Of a stretch of 64,000 nt of DNA, positions 9,070-19,803 are shown piece by piece. Numbering within the stretch: the stretch's first letter is position 1; each line of letters opens with the position of its first letter. The DNA lies in the sequence record PZ496581.1. One strand, given 5' to 3'. A program made the translations under genes and the position numbers. The stretch is from a phage. The notes beneath the pieces are model-generated. The model was given only the letters and a program-made list of their open reading frames with translations. It searched no databases and was not told where the DNA came from.

Positions 9070-9438
9070 TTAATTACCAATTGTATATTTTGCTTTCAAA
9101 GTCCAGTCATCTTTCTGTTTAAAAGAGATAACACGGAAGTTATTAGTCAGGCCAAACAGATCTTCACGAGCAGAGTCTTCAATAACAATCAAGCCCCAGT
9201 CTTCAAGCAACTGAGCAATCGAATCACGTCGCTGATAGTCTTCACCATCAATATCAACCTGACGTCCGTCCATACGCAGCATTTCTTTAAAGTGGACGAT
9301 GTAATATTTACCTTGCTTTTGGAGGATATGACAGGACTGATAAAGAACTTTATCCTTGTTATTAGCGATGCCCATACGGGTCAGAGTCTCTTTGACTTTC
9401 AGAAAATCTTCGGGGTTCTTCAATTTAATTTCGATCAT
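9070..9438 (-). CDS. regA: translational repressor RegA, 122 aa
   Basis: MIEIKLKNPEDFLKVKETLTRMGIANNKDKVLYQSCHILQK matches T4 RegA as recalled; start trimmed to MIEI. Confidence 0.9.
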   Translation of the reverse strand: MIEIKLKNPEDFLKVKETLTRMGIANNKDKVLYQSCHILQKQGKYYIVHFKEMLRMDGRQVDIDGEDYQRRDSIAQLLEDWGLIVIEDSAREDLFGLTNNFRVISFKQKDDWTLKAKYTIGN

Positions 9439-9440
9439 TT

Positions 9441-10004
9441 TTACCATTCCAATGCTAATTTTTTAAATTGTTTTTGTTCTTTCACATTTTTTGTAACTTC
9501 TTTGAGAAACTCATCAGTGACCATGGCCTTCAGTTCTTTAAGGACTATTGGCAACTTGTTATTTTTTTCAAGGAGCCGCTTATACTCGGTAGCATCATTC
9601 ATGTTGATTGTGTAATGTTTCATCAACAGTTTGATAACTAGTAACTCTGAAGTGTCTTCGACTAGTTTAGCCCATTTAGAGAATCGTCGGCCACGTGGAA
9701 TTGCCGCCATCATATAGTTGAAGTGCGCTTCATCACTTAATTCAGAACCGACTAAGTTCATCATGTAAACGGCTGGCATACATTCTGGGAACTGGGATAA
9801 TGAGTTCTCAACCATAAATTTTGAGTAGTCGACCTGAGCAATTGACATAGATTTCTTTTCATTAATAGCATTAATGATTTTAAAGAATTCATTCTCAGGT
9901 TTTTCTTTAAACATGTCAGCACATTTTTGAATCGCATCAGCGTCGTTAGACTTCCATGCAATTTGGTGCTCGTTAAGTTGGACGTCATCATCAAATAAGT
10001 TCAT
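9441..10004 (-). CDS. 62: clamp loader small subunit gp62
   Basis: 187 aa; position between regA and 44. Confidence 0.85.
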   Translation of the reverse strand: MNLFDDDVQLNEHQIAWKSNDADAIQKCADMFKEKPENEFFKIINAINEKKSMSIAQVDYSKFMVENSLSQFPECMPAVYMMNLVGSELSDEAHFNYMMAAIPRGRRFSKWAKLVEDTSELLVIKLLMKHYTINMNDATEYKRLLEKNNKLPIVLKELKAMVTDEFLKEVTKNVKEQKQFKKLALEW

Positions 10005-10005
10005 A

Positions 10006-10968
10006 TTATTTCCAAGTCAGTTCGCAGGTCAGTTGAAGAAGCATATACATAACATGTAATTCAATATTACTTGCTAATCCATGAAACTTATTATTTTCGC
10101 CTGCAATTTCATAAAGCGAAATAATACTTTTACCTGGTGCAACTTTGTCATAACACTCAGAAACTAATTTATCGATGAACCATGAATAATCAGCGGCATA
10201 TTTTGGAGCTAACGCACGAAGCTGTTTGATATCTTTATTTTTCATTGCTTCTATGACATCATCTACCGTGCCACGATCATTGGTTACAATCGACAAAATA
10301 CCTGCATCAAGAACACCTTTAGACGAGTACTGGTCTAATTGACCAATTGTACGTCGAAAGTCCGGGAAGTTCTTTTTAACCAGAGCTGCAACAACTTTCA
10401 TATCAGCGATTTCGATATTTTCATTCTTACAGATTTCAACCATACGATGAATCATTTTCTTCATCATTGAGATTTTATCTTCTTCGGTTGGACGTCCGAA
10501 TTCGATAACTCGACAACGACTACGTAATGGTTCAATAATTCCATCGATGTTGTTGGCAGTAATAATAATAGAACAGTTACTAGAGAATTCTTCCATGAAT
10601 GTACGAAGGTGACGTTGTGATTCGGCGAGGCCACTACGGTCAAATTCATCAATAACAATAACTTTAGGTTTGCCTTCCATTGAGACTGAACGAGCGAATG
10701 CAGTTAACGGACCACGCACAAAATCAATCTTACAATCAGAACCGTTGACGAACATCATTTCGGCATTGATATCATTACATAATGCTTTTGCTACGGTTGT
10801 TTTACCTGTACCAGGAGAAGGAGAGTGCAAAATAATATGAGGAAGTTTTCCTTTAGATACTAAAGACTTGAATGTTTCATGGTCATACGCGGGCAGAATA
10901 CATTCGTCAATGGAAGAAGGACGATATTTCTGTTCTAGAATGTGTTCTTTGGAATTGATAGTAATCAT
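10006..10968 (-). CDS. 44: clamp loader large subunit gp44 (AAA+)
   Basis: Walker [11 protein letters not shown]; Walker B VIVIDEFD; 320 aa. Confidence 0.92.
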   Translation of the reverse strand: MITINSKEHILEQKYRPSSIDECILPAYDHETFKSLVSKGKLPHIILHSPSPGTGKTTVAKALCNDINAEMMFVNGSDCKIDFVRGPLTAFARSVSMEGKPKVIVIDEFDRSGLAESQRHLRTFMEEFSSNCSIIITANNIDGIIEPLRSRCRVIEFGRPTEEDKISMMKKMIHRMVEICKNENIEIADMKVVAALVKKNFPDFRRTIGQLDQYSSKGVLDAGILSIVTNDRGTVDDVIEAMKNKDIKQLRALAPKYAADYSWFIDKLVSECYDKVAPGKSIISLYEIAGENNKFHGLASNIELHVMYMLLQLTCELTWK

Positions 10969-11043
10969 GTAATTTTCCTCATTATCATTAAACTGGAGGA
11001 TTTCTCCTCCATAATCGTATCACAATAAACGTAAAGCTTTGAC

Positions 11044-11730
11044 TTAGAAGTCGTGAGTAGAATCGGCTTCCATCGCAATAACATAACTTACTTGAGAGCT
11101 TTCAAACTTGGCTGCAACTTTATCACCAGCTCCCCACAACATTACTTTATAGTTACCTGGCTGGATTTTCATATTAGCCATATTGATTACGAAGTTAAAG
11201 TTGTTAGAACCATCATAATCGGTAAGAGTTAAAGAATACTTAGGACGAGTTAGTCCAGAATCTTCAACTTTATTATAGCCATTGATAACAATTTTACCAT
11301 CTTTATTTGTAATAGCAATTGTATCAATCTGAAGACCACGTGAAACTCGAAGCAATTGTTGAAGGTCTTCAACTTTAATTTCAGTAATCACAGAAGCCAC
11401 TGGGAATTGAATTGGCTTATTAGGAAAAACAATGGTGCTCTTGTCGGCAGCAGGCCAATAAACTGTGGAACGTGTATCTGCAATTTTAATATTGCCATCA
11501 GTGTGCATTGAAATTTCAGCATCATCAGACACTAGACTCAAAATGCTTAAGAAGCTATTCAAATCATAAAGTGCTACGTCAAAATCAATTTCATCAGAGA
11601 TATTTGCTTCCGCATAAGTGGTGCCATTAACTGCACGAGTCATAATAAATTTACCTTGACTCAGCAGAATGCCAGAGTTAATAGAGGCAAAGTTTTTCAG
11701 AATAGCGATAGTATCTTTAGACAGTTTCAT
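11044..11730 (-). CDS. 45: sliding clamp gp45
   Basis: MKLSKDTIAILKNFASINSGI matches T4 gp45 N-terminus; start trimmed to MKLSKD. Confidence 0.9.
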   Translation of the reverse strand: MKLSKDTIAILKNFASINSGILLSQGKFIMTRAVNGTTYAEANISDEIDFDVALYDLNSFLSILSLVSDDAEISMHTDGNIKIADTRSTVYWPAADKSTIVFPNKPIQFPVASVITEIKVEDLQQLLRVSRGLQIDTIAITNKDGKIVINGYNKVEDSGLTRPKYSLTLTDYDGSNNFNFVINMANMKIQPGNYKVMLWGAGDKVAAKFESSQVSYVIAMEADSTHDF

Positions 11731-11772
11731 TTTATTTCCTTTCAAGACAATTCAAAGTTTATAACAAATTTA

Positions 11773-12189
11773 TTATGCAGCAACCATCTGCTTTTTAATA
11801 GCTTCAGGCAGTGATTCAATATATTCTGGAATTTTAGAAGCAACAATTTCGCCAGCTGCAATTAGTTGTTCGTCGGCATCAACACAGTAGAAATCTTCTA
11901 GACGCTCAGAACCATCTTTATCAAGAACGATTTTTCCGCCGGCTTCAATAGAATCTTTATAGTGCTTACGCATCAGATGAATCCACATATCAGATACATC
12001 GTTATCAATAAAACCATAAATCATAAAACGAGTTTCTTGTGGCAAAGATTGGAGTTTTTTAGCACTTGCGTCATCACAATGCAGGACCCATGCTTTACGA
12101 ACACGATTATGGTTATGTGGGTTAGCGTCAGTACGGATAGAAGTAACTTTCAGATCAGCAGCAGTGAAACCTTTAGCAGTAGTAAACAT
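11773..12189 (-). CDS. rpbA: RNA polymerase binding protein RpbA-like, 138 aa
   Basis: Size and position immediately upstream of gene 45. Confidence 0.6.
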   Translation of the reverse strand: MFTTAKGFTAADLKVTSIRTDANPHNHNRVRKAWVLHCDDASAKKLQSLPQETRFMIYGFIDNDVSDMWIHLMRKHYKDSIEAGGKIVLDKDGSERLEDFYCVDADEQLIAAGEIVASKIPEYIESLPEAIKKQMVAA

Positions 12190-12201
12190 ATTATTTCTCT
12201 C

Positions 12202-12402
12202 TTATTCGTAGAAGTCGGTAACTGTCCATGCAGAATTGCGATTAGACGTTATTTTATTATACTCATCTTTAAAAGCAGATTTGAGCATTTGTTCAGTAAC
12301 AATATGTTCTTCACCTGAAAACGTATTGGTCAAAACATATTTTTTAATTTCAGGGGCAACTAGAAGATGTTGTCCGGTTGAATACTCCATGTTGTTCTCC
12401 AT
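12202..12402 (-). CDS. hypothetical protein, 66 aa
   Basis: ORF track; position of T4 45.2. Confidence 0.45.
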   Translation of the reverse strand: MENNMEYSTGQHLLVAPEIKKYVLTNTFSGEEHIVTEQMLKSAFKDEYNKITSNRNSAWTVTDFYE

Positions 12403-12444
12403 TTAATTTGATGTGGTCATTATAACCACATCGTGTTAAAGCGT

Positions 12445-14133
12445 TTATGAAACAGTCATTACCGTAAATCGTCCAACTTTGCTCATTTGAAGATGTTGTC
12501 CATAACGTTGAGGGTCATGGTCTCGATGAGAGATAATGAACACGTTAGTATTTTGTAAACTTCCAAGAATAGTATCTATAGCCTTAACAGCTTCAGAATC
12601 TACAGCGCCGTCAAAAACCTCATCAAGAATCAACGTGTTGATTTTAACACCAGAGACCTTTTCAGCAATATCTCGCCATGTAAACAACAATGCGATATCG
12701 ATACGCGCTTTTTCGCCTTGACTAAATGAAGCATAACTAAAATCTTCACGGCCACGTGATTTTATAGATTCATTGAATTCTTCGTCAATAGAAAACACGT
12801 AATCAGCTTCCATGATTTTAAGATAATGGTTAATCTGCTTGTTGAACAGAGGCACATATTTTTTAATGATAGCACCTTTAATACCAGAATCTTTTAACAT
12901 ATCTGTGATAATACCACGATGGTATTTTTCAAGAACGATATCTGATTTTGTTTTAATGATTTTATCAAGTTCTTTTTGAAGCAAAGCTATCTCATCGGCA
13001 TGGTCGATAAATTCAGCCGAGGCTTGTTCTATTGCAGCTTTAACTTTCTTAGCTTTATCAATAGTGGCAATCATTGCTTGTTTCTTGGTACGAATATCAG
13101 ATGCAAGGTCCTGTTTAGTCTTAACATTAGCTCTATATTCGTCCACTAGGACACTCAGATTATCTCTGTGACATGTAAGTTGCTCGAATGAGTGATTACA
13201 TTCGTGAAGCTTATCGGTAATCTTAGAGACAATAGGATCACCCTGGTGCAACTGTGATGCACAAGTAGGACATGTACCACCATCATGATACATCTTAATA
13301 ACTTTGTTATATGAGTCAATTTTAGATTTAATCAAGAATGCTTCTTGTCCGATCTTGTTGAACGCCTCAGTAGGGTCTTCGTCAAGAACGATATTAAGTA
13401 GACGCTCGTTAGCTTCTTCAATTTCTGCTTTTAATGAACGAGCTTCTTTGGCTAGGTCGTCATACATATTCTGTAGACGCGCTACATTATCACCAGATAA
13501 TTTCTTTTGACGTTCGATATTCTCGTTATAAATCTTAATTTGTTGGATAACACCATCTTTCTTGGCATCGAGAACTTGTCCCTGGGAATTAAGTTCTCGA
13601 ACTTGAGACTTATTGATTTTATCCATTTCAGCGAGTGTGCCGACTTCTAAAAGGTCTTCGACAAGTTTTCTACGAGCAGGGGTGCTAAGAGCCATGAAAG
13701 GGGTATACCCTGCCGTCCCAAGCACAACGATTTGTTTAAAAGACGCGTATGACATTCCGATGCTACGTTCAAATTCTTCTTGGAAGTCACGACTGCTGGC
13801 AGATTCATCAAGACGAACACCGTCAACGGAGATTTCGAAAATATTGGGCTTTTGGCCACGTCTAATGAAGTATTTTTTATCATCGAATTCCATCCAAAGC
13901 TCAACTAAGAGCTCTTTCTTGTTCGTGCTATTAATGATTTGTCCTTTCTTAACATCACGAAATGGTTTACCGAAAAGTCCGAAAGTAATGGCTTCTAACA
14001 TCGTAGATTTACCACCGCCATTTTTACCAGTGATTAATGTCTTTTGGACTTTATCTAATTGGATATCAATAGGATTCCCACCTACCGACATGATGTTTTG
14101 ATAACGAACACGATTTAATTTAAATGATTTCAT
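12445..14133 (-). CDS. 46: recombination endonuclease subunit gp46 (Rad50/SbcC-like ATPase)
   Basis: Walker A GKNGGGKST; coiled-coil middle; 562 aa. Confidence 0.93.
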   Translation of the reverse strand: MKSFKLNRVRYQNIMSVGGNPIDIQLDKVQKTLITGKNGGGKSTMLEAITFGLFGKPFRDVKKGQIINSTNKKELLVELWMEFDDKKYFIRRGQKPNIFEISVDGVRLDESASSRDFQEEFERSIGMSYASFKQIVVLGTAGYTPFMALSTPARRKLVEDLLEVGTLAEMDKINKSQVRELNSQGQVLDAKKDGVIQQIKIYNENIERQKKLSGDNVARLQNMYDDLAKEARSLKAEIEEANERLLNIVLDEDPTEAFNKIGQEAFLIKSKIDSYNKVIKMYHDGGTCPTCASQLHQGDPIVSKITDKLHECNHSFEQLTCHRDNLSVLVDEYRANVKTKQDLASDIRTKKQAMIATIDKAKKVKAAIEQASAEFIDHADEIALLQKELDKIIKTKSDIVLEKYHRGIITDMLKDSGIKGAIIKKYVPLFNKQINHYLKIMEADYVFSIDEEFNESIKSRGREDFSYASFSQGEKARIDIALLFTWRDIAEKVSGVKINTLILDEVFDGAVDSEAVKAIDTILGSLQNTNVFIISHRDHDPQRYGQHLQMSKVGRFTVMTVS

Positions 14134-14384
14134 ATGTATTCTCTTCGAATGAAGTCCTCTACATATTTTAACATGTCATCTCTATCAGCAAAATATTCAT
14201 CTAGTTCCGCATACATAACAACACCTGGTGCATACTCACAGGTAACATACATTGTTCCAAAGAAACGAGGAGTTGATTCCTCGTAATTCTCAGTCCATTC
14301 AACGATACCAATATAACCGTCACCAATACTAAATTCATGACGATGGATTTCATAATCAGTCTTCGTCATTATACGCATCCTCAA
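14130..14384 (-). CDS. hypothetical protein, 84 aa
   Basis: ORF track; between 46 and 47. Confidence 0.5.
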   Translation of the reverse strand: MRMRIMTKTDYEIHRHEFSIGDGYIGIVEWTENYEESTPRFFGTMYVTCEYAPGVVMYAELDEYFADRDDMLKYVEDFIRREYI

Positions 14385-14613
14385 TACACGCTTCAGCCAT
14401 TTTAAGAATAGAGCCGGGAGTATCGTTGTCCATTATATTAAAGCTAAATTCAATAGCCCAGTCGGTGCAGACATGAACTGCTTTAACTTCATTGCCTTCA
14501 ACGCGTAATGGCTCAATCCAATACTTGATGGTGTTCTCGAATCCATCATCATCTTTAACGTCTATTTCAACTTCAAGCCCGAGCCCAGCATTGTTAAATT
14601 CATCTAAAGTCAT
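14356..14613 (-). CDS. hypothetical protein, 85 aa
   Basis: ORF track; between 46 and 47. Confidence 0.5.
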   Translation of the reverse strand: MTLDEFNNAGLGLEVEIDVKDDDGFENTIKYWIEPLRVEGNEVKAVHVCTDWAIEFSFNIMDNDTPGSILKMAEACIEDAYNDED

Positions 14614-15629
14614 TGTGTTGCCTCAATATAAAGTTCGTTGGAATATTTGACCAGCGCTTCTCTGTCTTCGTCTGAGATATCTGGAATCGCGTCAATATAT
14701 TCTTTAATGATATCTTGAAGTGATTTAATCTCGATTTCCTGGTCATCATCAGATTCAACACTGTTATCAACTTTAGAAACCATACGAAGAGAGTGAACTA
14801 CTTTTTCAAGTTCAGATTCAAACTTAGTCAACTCTGAATCAATTTCTGATACTATAACACGTACGGCTAGATTAGTATAATCAGAATAATTAATTTTGCC
14901 TTTAAACGGATAAGTGATTCGTCGATGCCATGTTGTTTCATTAGGAATAAATTCCATACGTTCAACATCAGTGTCAAATACCCAGAATCCGCGTGGGTCG
15001 TTCTCATCGCCTGCAGTAAGGGTCCATGGTGTCCCAATATATTTGACGTTAGCAGCTTCAGAGATTGTGTGGAAGTGGCCGGACCAGACTTGTTTATAGG
15101 TCTTTAAGAAATCAGGTTCAAGCCCATGAGACTTCATTCCTTTATAGAAATAGAAGCCATTTAATTCCCAGTGACCAACACAATATGCGGCAGAAGAAGT
15201 CTTGATGTGCTCTAAGATTTCACCTGTATTTTCTTCACACATCCATGGAATGATATCAATCAGACATCCGTCAAAATCTACAGTAGTTGGATGTTCGTAA
15301 ATAGTAAAGTTTTCAAATTGAGTTAACAATTCAGAAACAGTGTTAGGTGTTATTGTATTCTTAAACGCCATGTCATGGTTTCCTATCGTGACATGAACGT
15401 GAATGCCTGCTTTAGAAATCATATCAACGATTTCACGATTGAATTCCATTGTACGATGTGTTATTGCTTTACGGACGTCAAACCAATCGCCGTACTGAAT
15501 CCAAGTTTTAATCCCGTGTTTCTTAGAGTATTCAATTGCTTGACGAATACCATCACGTTGAATATCTTGAATCCATGGGTCGTCTTGTTTGACTCCGATA
15601 TGGAAGTCGCCTAAGTGCAAAATTTTCAT
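14610..15629 (-). CDS. 47: recombination endonuclease subunit gp47 (Mre11/SbcD-like)
   Basis: MKILHLGDFHIG phosphoesterase motif I, GNHD motif; 339 aa. Confidence 0.93.
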   Translation of the reverse strand: MKILHLGDFHIGVKQDDPWIQDIQRDGIRQAIEYSKKHGIKTWIQYGDWFDVRKAITHRTMEFNREIVDMISKAGIHVHVTIGNHDMAFKNTITPNTVSELLTQFENFTIYEHPTTVDFDGCLIDIIPWMCEENTGEILEHIKTSSAAYCVGHWELNGFYFYKGMKSHGLEPDFLKTYKQVWSGHFHTISEAANVKYIGTPWTLTAGDENDPRGFWVFDTDVERMEFIPNETTWHRRITYPFKGKINYSDYTNLAVRVIVSEIDSELTKFESELEKVVHSLRMVSKVDNSVESDDDQEIEIKSLQDIIKEYIDAIPDISDEDREALVKYSNELYIEATQ

Positions 15630-15673
15630 ATTATTTCCTCATTAGTTAATTCATTCTATCATCCGTTTATAAA

Positions 15674-15700
15674 GCAAAAAAGGAACTCCGAAGAGTTCCT
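15674..15700 (-). terminator. rho-independent terminator (AGGAACUC-UUCG-GAGUUCCU plus U-tract)
   Basis: Hairpin 15681-15700 followed on minus strand by TTTTTTGC. Confidence 0.6.
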
Positions 15701-15911
15701 ATCCACATAGTACACCGTACAGAGGCTCATTTGAACTTTTAAATCGAATGGGCTTGTACGTAATAGTTCCTTCGGCTTTAGCTTTATCATAAGACTCTTT
15801 AAAACGTCTCATTCTTTCTGCTTTGCCTTTACGGATTTTATCGAAATTTTCAGAAGTCGGGATGTTCGTCATGCATAAGCACCTCTCAGAAAATGCCTAA
15901 ATCAATTTCTC

Positions 15912-16118
15912 TCATCGTTTCCACCATTTCTTAACTTGAAATGAATCGACCCACACGAGTTGTTTTGGGTCTGCCTTTACAATAGGCGGACAAATTTCTG
16001 TAATAGAACCGTCGTGATATTCCTTTTCAGAAATTTTAACACAAAGAGGACCTCCCAATTTAAGGGTGAACCCTGCGTTCAGCTTCAGACGTTTAAACTT
16101 TGTTTGAACTAGCGCCAT
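15912..16118 (-). CDS. hypothetical protein
   Basis: ORF track, start trimmed to ATG 16118. Confidence 0.4.
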   Translation of the reverse strand: MALVQTKFKRLKLNAGFTLKLGGPLCVKISEKEYHDGSITEICPPIVKADPKQLVWVDSFQVKKWWKR

Positions 16119-16416
16119 TAATGATGTCCTCAATAGCCTGACGAGTAGTAACCCACTGGATTTTAATTAACTTGTCATTATATGGTTGTCGTAGAATATC
16201 CCGAGATTTCTTAATAGCATATTCGTAAGCTTCGAAGTTGTTTTGAATTGCTGCTTCTTGAGCATGAGCATAAAGACGGTTTAGTTCAAAACGATTCTTT
16301 TTAAGAATCTTTTCGGATTTTTTACGTGCTTCAGCTTCATTTTTCTTTTGGATTTCTTGTAGCATTTTAGCTACTGCATCTTCTGCTTCTTTATTTTCAA
16401 TAATCTCGGTAGTCAT
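16093..16416 (-). CDS. hypothetical protein, 107 aa
   Basis: ORF track. Confidence 0.5.
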   Translation of the reverse strand: MTTEIIENKEAEDAVAKMLQEIQKKNEAEARKKSEKILKKNRFELNRLYAHAQEAAIQNNFEAYEYAIKKSRDILRQPYNDKLIKIQWVTTRQAIEDIINGASSNKV

Positions 16417-16417
16417 A

Positions 16418-16633
16418 TTATCTCATTAAATTAAAATAAAAACGTCCATCCTCTTCAATACAGAACTCGTACTCAACCGGAGTCCCATTTATCGAAAATG
16501 ACACGTCATGTGGGTTCAAAGGGTCGATGTCAAAATTAATTTTAAATTCTCGACCCAACAGTTTTACCAAATAAGGGATTGCTTCGTCAAAAGGTTCTTC
16601 TAAGTAGTTAGAGATGTCAATTGTCATCCTCAT
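16418..16633 (-). CDS. hypothetical protein
   Basis: ORF track, start trimmed to avoid overlap with gene 55. Confidence 0.45.
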   Translation of the reverse strand: MRMTIDISNYLEEPFDEAIPYLVKLLGREFKINFDIDPLNPHDVSFSINGTPVEYEFCIEEDGRFYFNLMR

Positions 16634-17192
16634 ATAAAAAATCCAAACTAGGCGAATCGCTAACAACTTCCTTCTTTTCAGCCCCAGGAGCTTTATAAGC
16701 GGATTCTTCATAATGCGTCATTTTATCGTAGATGTCTTGAATAAACGTTTCATCTACCAACGCTACCATATCATCGTCATGACTGTCGTAGACATTATGA
16801 ACGAAGTAACTATATTTCTTTGCAACTTCCTTACGTTCTTTTTTGATACGTTGGACAAAAGCATTAAAACAAGCTCGAGTTATGTATGCATGTGGGTTAT
16901 TGTACTTAGTTTCGTCGAAATTATGAAGTCCCTTAATAGAGGCTTCAATCCCATCTGCAATCATCTCCTGTTTCCAAGACTGGGTATATCCTGAAAAGTT
17001 GAAACGTTTGGACAGGCCTTCGGCGATAAGCATAATTGCTAAACCGATGGTATCATTCTGACGAATAATTTTGTTTGGGTCTTTATTATTTAAGAGCTCC
17101 TTTTTCCACTCGATTATAGCGGCGAGAAGCTCTTTATTATTCACATAGTTATTTTTAGGTTTTTGTTCAGTCATAAGTACCTCTTGGCTCAA
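16617..17192 (-). CDS. 55: late-transcription sigma factor gp55
   Basis: [20 protein letters not shown]...[23 protein letters not shown] matches T4 gp55 as recalled. Confidence 0.93.
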   Translation of the reverse strand: MSQEVLMTEQKPKNNYVNNKELLAAIIEWKKELLNNKDPNKIIRQNDTIGLAIMLIAEGLSKRFNFSGYTQSWKQEMIADGIEASIKGLHNFDETKYNNPHAYITRACFNAFVQRIKKERKEVAKKYSYFVHNVYDSHDDDMVALVDETFIQDIYDKMTHYEESAYKAPGAEKKEVVSDSPSLDFLYEDDN

Positions 17193-17246
17193 TTCATAGG
17201 TCTATTATATCATAATATTTAGAGACCTATCTTAAAGCACGAGATA

Positions 17247-17516
17247 CTATCGGAGCAAACAATAAGCCTGAAACACTTTTTCCATTAAACGTTTGAACTC
17301 ATGGATATCGATATAAAGCTCAGTAAGACCGGCATTATAAAGAAAATCTAAAAAGTTCTCATGTGTTTCGTTATAGTCGCCTTCGTTTAATTGAGATACA
17401 TGAGTTTCCCAAAAACCAACACCTTTAACGAATGGAAAATACGTGACTTTCATGTATTCGTCAACATAAAATTCGCCCAGCTTTTCTTCAGTTATACTGA
17501 TTCGAGTTAATTTCAT
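17247..17516 (-). CDS. hypothetical protein, 89 aa
   Basis: ORF track. Confidence 0.5.
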   Translation of the reverse strand: MKLTRISITEEKLGEFYVDEYMKVTYFPFVKGVGFWETHVSQLNEGDYNETHENFLDFLYNAGLTELYIDIHEFKRLMEKVFQAYCLLR

Positions 17517-17740
17517 TCTAGTTCCTTTGCTGCTTCAAGAGCAGCATCCAGCGAATCAAATTGGTCAACGAAATCAATATTCAACGCATCGTCAACCGTA
17601 GCATATAACCACCATTGTTTGAATTCGTATTCTAGAATAAATCCAGGACCTTCAATCTGAGGAAGACCTAGACTATTTGTACCAACTTCGTAACCAGCTA
17701 GACGCAGGTCATTAATCAAAGTTTCTGTTAATACGCTCAT
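17513..17740 (-). CDS. hypothetical protein, 75 aa
   Basis: ORF track. Confidence 0.5.
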   Translation of the reverse strand: MSVLTETLINDLRLAGYEVGTNSLGLPQIEGPGFILEYEFKQWWLYATVDDALNIDFVDQFDSLDAALEAAKELE

Positions 17741-18117
17741 TTTACCGCCTTAACAATTTTCAGGTCAACGAATTTTTTCTTACGTTGATTTTTCATACGA
17801 CGGATAGTCTTTTCAGAGATTTCATGTTTCTGATAAGCTTTAGATTCAACACCAAATGCAGCAACGTCAAATTCAGAAAGAATATATTGTACTAGAATTT
17901 CACGAATAGAATTACGTCCAATTTTCTGGTCGTGTTTTTGCATGATTTCATAAAGACGGAATTCCCACGCGTCAAGAACTTGAGGAGTAACAATATTGCC
18001 GGATTCCAGAAGAGCAACAACTTTATCGAAAGCGAAAGAATTAACTACGTTTTTGATTTTAGTAGACATATTATTTTCCTCGGTTATTTTATTATCCAAC
18101 GAGAGAATTATACTCAT
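17737..18117 (-). CDS. hypothetical protein, 126 aa
   Basis: ORF track. Confidence 0.5.
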   Translation of the reverse strand: MSIILSLDNKITEENNMSTKIKNVVNSFAFDKVVALLESGNIVTPQVLDAWEFRLYEIMQKHDQKIGRNSIREILVQYILSEFDVAAFGVESKAYQKHEISEKTIRRMKNQRKKKFVDLKIVKAVK

Positions 18118-18135
18118 CTCTCAAGAGTTTGTATA

Positions 18136-18375
18136 CTATTTTTTAAGCATGAAAAGTAAGTAATTTGTATCACGTGGAGTAATATCAACACCCATATCAA
18201 AGATGCCTTTATAGATTGGGTATTTGTTTTCGGTTGTATCGAAGCTGAAACTATTTCCATCACAACTAACAGTAATAGCATCTGTTAAAATGTCATACTC
18301 AATCCTAACAATTGAATCCCCAATTTTAACGTCGAGGTGTTTTTTGAATTTGATAAAATCTAATTCTTGGGCCAC
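18136..18375 (-). CDS. hypothetical protein, 79 aa
   Basis: ORF track. Confidence 0.5.
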   Translation of the reverse strand: MAQELDFIKFKKHLDVKIGDSIVRIEYDILTDAITVSCDGNSFSFDTTENKYPIYKGIFDMGVDITPRDTNYLLFMLKK

Positions 18376-18438
18376 GATATTTTCCTCATTTTAAGACGAT
18401 AGGAAGATAATAACATGTCTTCCTATCGTTGTACATTA

Positions 18439-18639
18439 TTAACCGAACTTTTTAGCGCCTTTCCAGCCTTCGTACATAACTGCACAAGTCAGTAGTACAG
18501 CGTGCTGGCATTCTTTGTATTTGTAAATCCAGAACCAGCGTAAGAAGTCTTCGTCCTCAACACCGTTGAGTTTCATGTTGGCGAAGAATTCAGCTCGTTC
18601 TTCGCGAAGTTTTTGAGATAACATAGATTCAGGATTCAT
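18439..18639 (-). CDS. hypothetical protein, 66 aa
   Basis: ORF track. Confidence 0.45.
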   Translation of the reverse strand: MNPESMLSQKLREERAEFFANMKLNGVEDEDFLRWFWIYKYKECQHAVLLTCAVMYEGWKGAKKFG

Positions 18640-18770
18640 TTTATATTCCAGACCCCATTTTCATCGATGAACTTAATCCAGTCATTTACAGACCATTTAG
18701 TTGTATCACCCTTTGGATTAACATTTAAAGTATATAATCCCTGCTTAAAAAGCATTCGTTTGATATTCAT
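18636..18770 (-). CDS. hypothetical small protein, 44 aa
   Basis: Trimmed to ATG 18770 with GAGG SD. Confidence 0.35.
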   Translation of the reverse strand: MNIKRMLFKQGLYTLNVNPKGDTTKWSVNDWIKFIDENGVWNIK

Positions 18771-18777
18771 AATTTCC

Positions 18778-19071
18778 TCAACTGTAACGATAACATTCGT
18801 TAGCTTTACGTTTGGCTTCAGTATGAGAAGTATTATAATCATAATCTTCTTTACTGTAAACATCTTTTTTCAACTTACGAACTTCTTTGCGGAGTTGTCG
18901 ATTCATTTCATTCTTGACTTCAGAATCAACGCCTTTCATACGTTTCCATTTATCTGAGCGGAAAATGTTTTCAACCATGTCTTTGTGGCTAACACCGTCA
19001 GGAGCTTTACGTTTACCAAAATAGTCATAATCGCGAACTTTCAAATCTTTACGACGATACGTTTTACCCAT
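18778..19071 (-). CDS. hypothetical basic protein, 97 aa
   Basis: Trimmed to ATG 19071 with GAGG SD. Confidence 0.45.
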   Translation of the reverse strand: MGKTYRRKDLKVRDYDYFGKRKAPDGVSHKDMVENIFRSDKWKRMKGVDSEVKNEMNRQLRKEVRKLKKDVYSKEDYDYNTSHTEAKRKANECYRYS

Positions 19072-19122
19072 AAGTACCTCAGAGGTTGATTGATACAACG
19101 CGTTTGATAAAATTCACTTCAC

Positions 19123-19329
19123 TTACTGAAAGGTCTCTTTAAGACCGATTGATTCTAAACGCTGAATAAAAGTCAACATTGGGATATAGTCCCAATGTGT
19201 TTTAGACGTTTGATAAGTACGGACGCCATTAGCAATTTCAACGTTCAAATCGGAAATGGTAATGAATATCGGACGTTCGTTATTTACATTAAGAGATAGA
19301 ACAACTTTCTTCGAATTCAGACTAATCAT
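19123..19329 (-). CDS. hypothetical protein
   Basis: Trimmed to ATG 19329 with GAGGA SD. Confidence 0.4.
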   Translation of the reverse strand: MISLNSKKVVLSLNVNNERPIFITISDLNVEIANGVRTYQTSKTHWDYIPMLTFIQRLESIGLKETFQ

Positions 19330-19494
19330 TTTATTTTCCTCTATAGTAGATGGTTTAATCTTAACACGTCTATTGAGGATGTAAACTGTTTTATGAAAAT
19401 ATTTTCGATTTGAGAGGGGCACAAGGAGATAGTGAAGTGAAGATTCCAATGGATTATATTAGAAATGGGATAAAGAAGACCAGGCGGCACCTGG

Positions 19495-19803
19495 TCAATC
19501 TTCTATGATATCAGAGTCATATCCTAATGAAATCAAGGACTTTTTAAACTCTGCAATATTCTTTTGTTTCTTATCATTTAAAAATATGACAGGATAACGA
19601 ATATTAAGTGAAGTGAATCCTGCACGTTTAGCAAGAGATACGATTAAAGGACGGTCATATTCAATCTTACCATTATTAGTGAGGACTTTATAAAATGTAT
19701 AAGGAGCATTGAGCTCCTTTAAAAGTTTTGTAACAGTATAACATCCTGGACAACGTCCTACTTCTTCAGGGATGCCATAAATTTCAATCTTGTTGTGTTC
19801 CAC
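19495..19803 (-). CDS. nrdH: glutaredoxin/NrdH-like redoxin (CPGC motif), 102 aa
   Basis: CxxC motif RCPGCYT near N-terminus; position upstream of nrdG; apparent GTG start. Confidence 0.55.
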   Translation of the reverse strand: MEHNKIEIYGIPEEVGRCPGCYTVTKLLKELNAPYTFYKVLTNNGKIEYDRPLIVSLAKRAGFTSLNIRYPVIFLNDKKQKNIAEFKKSLISLGYDSDIIED

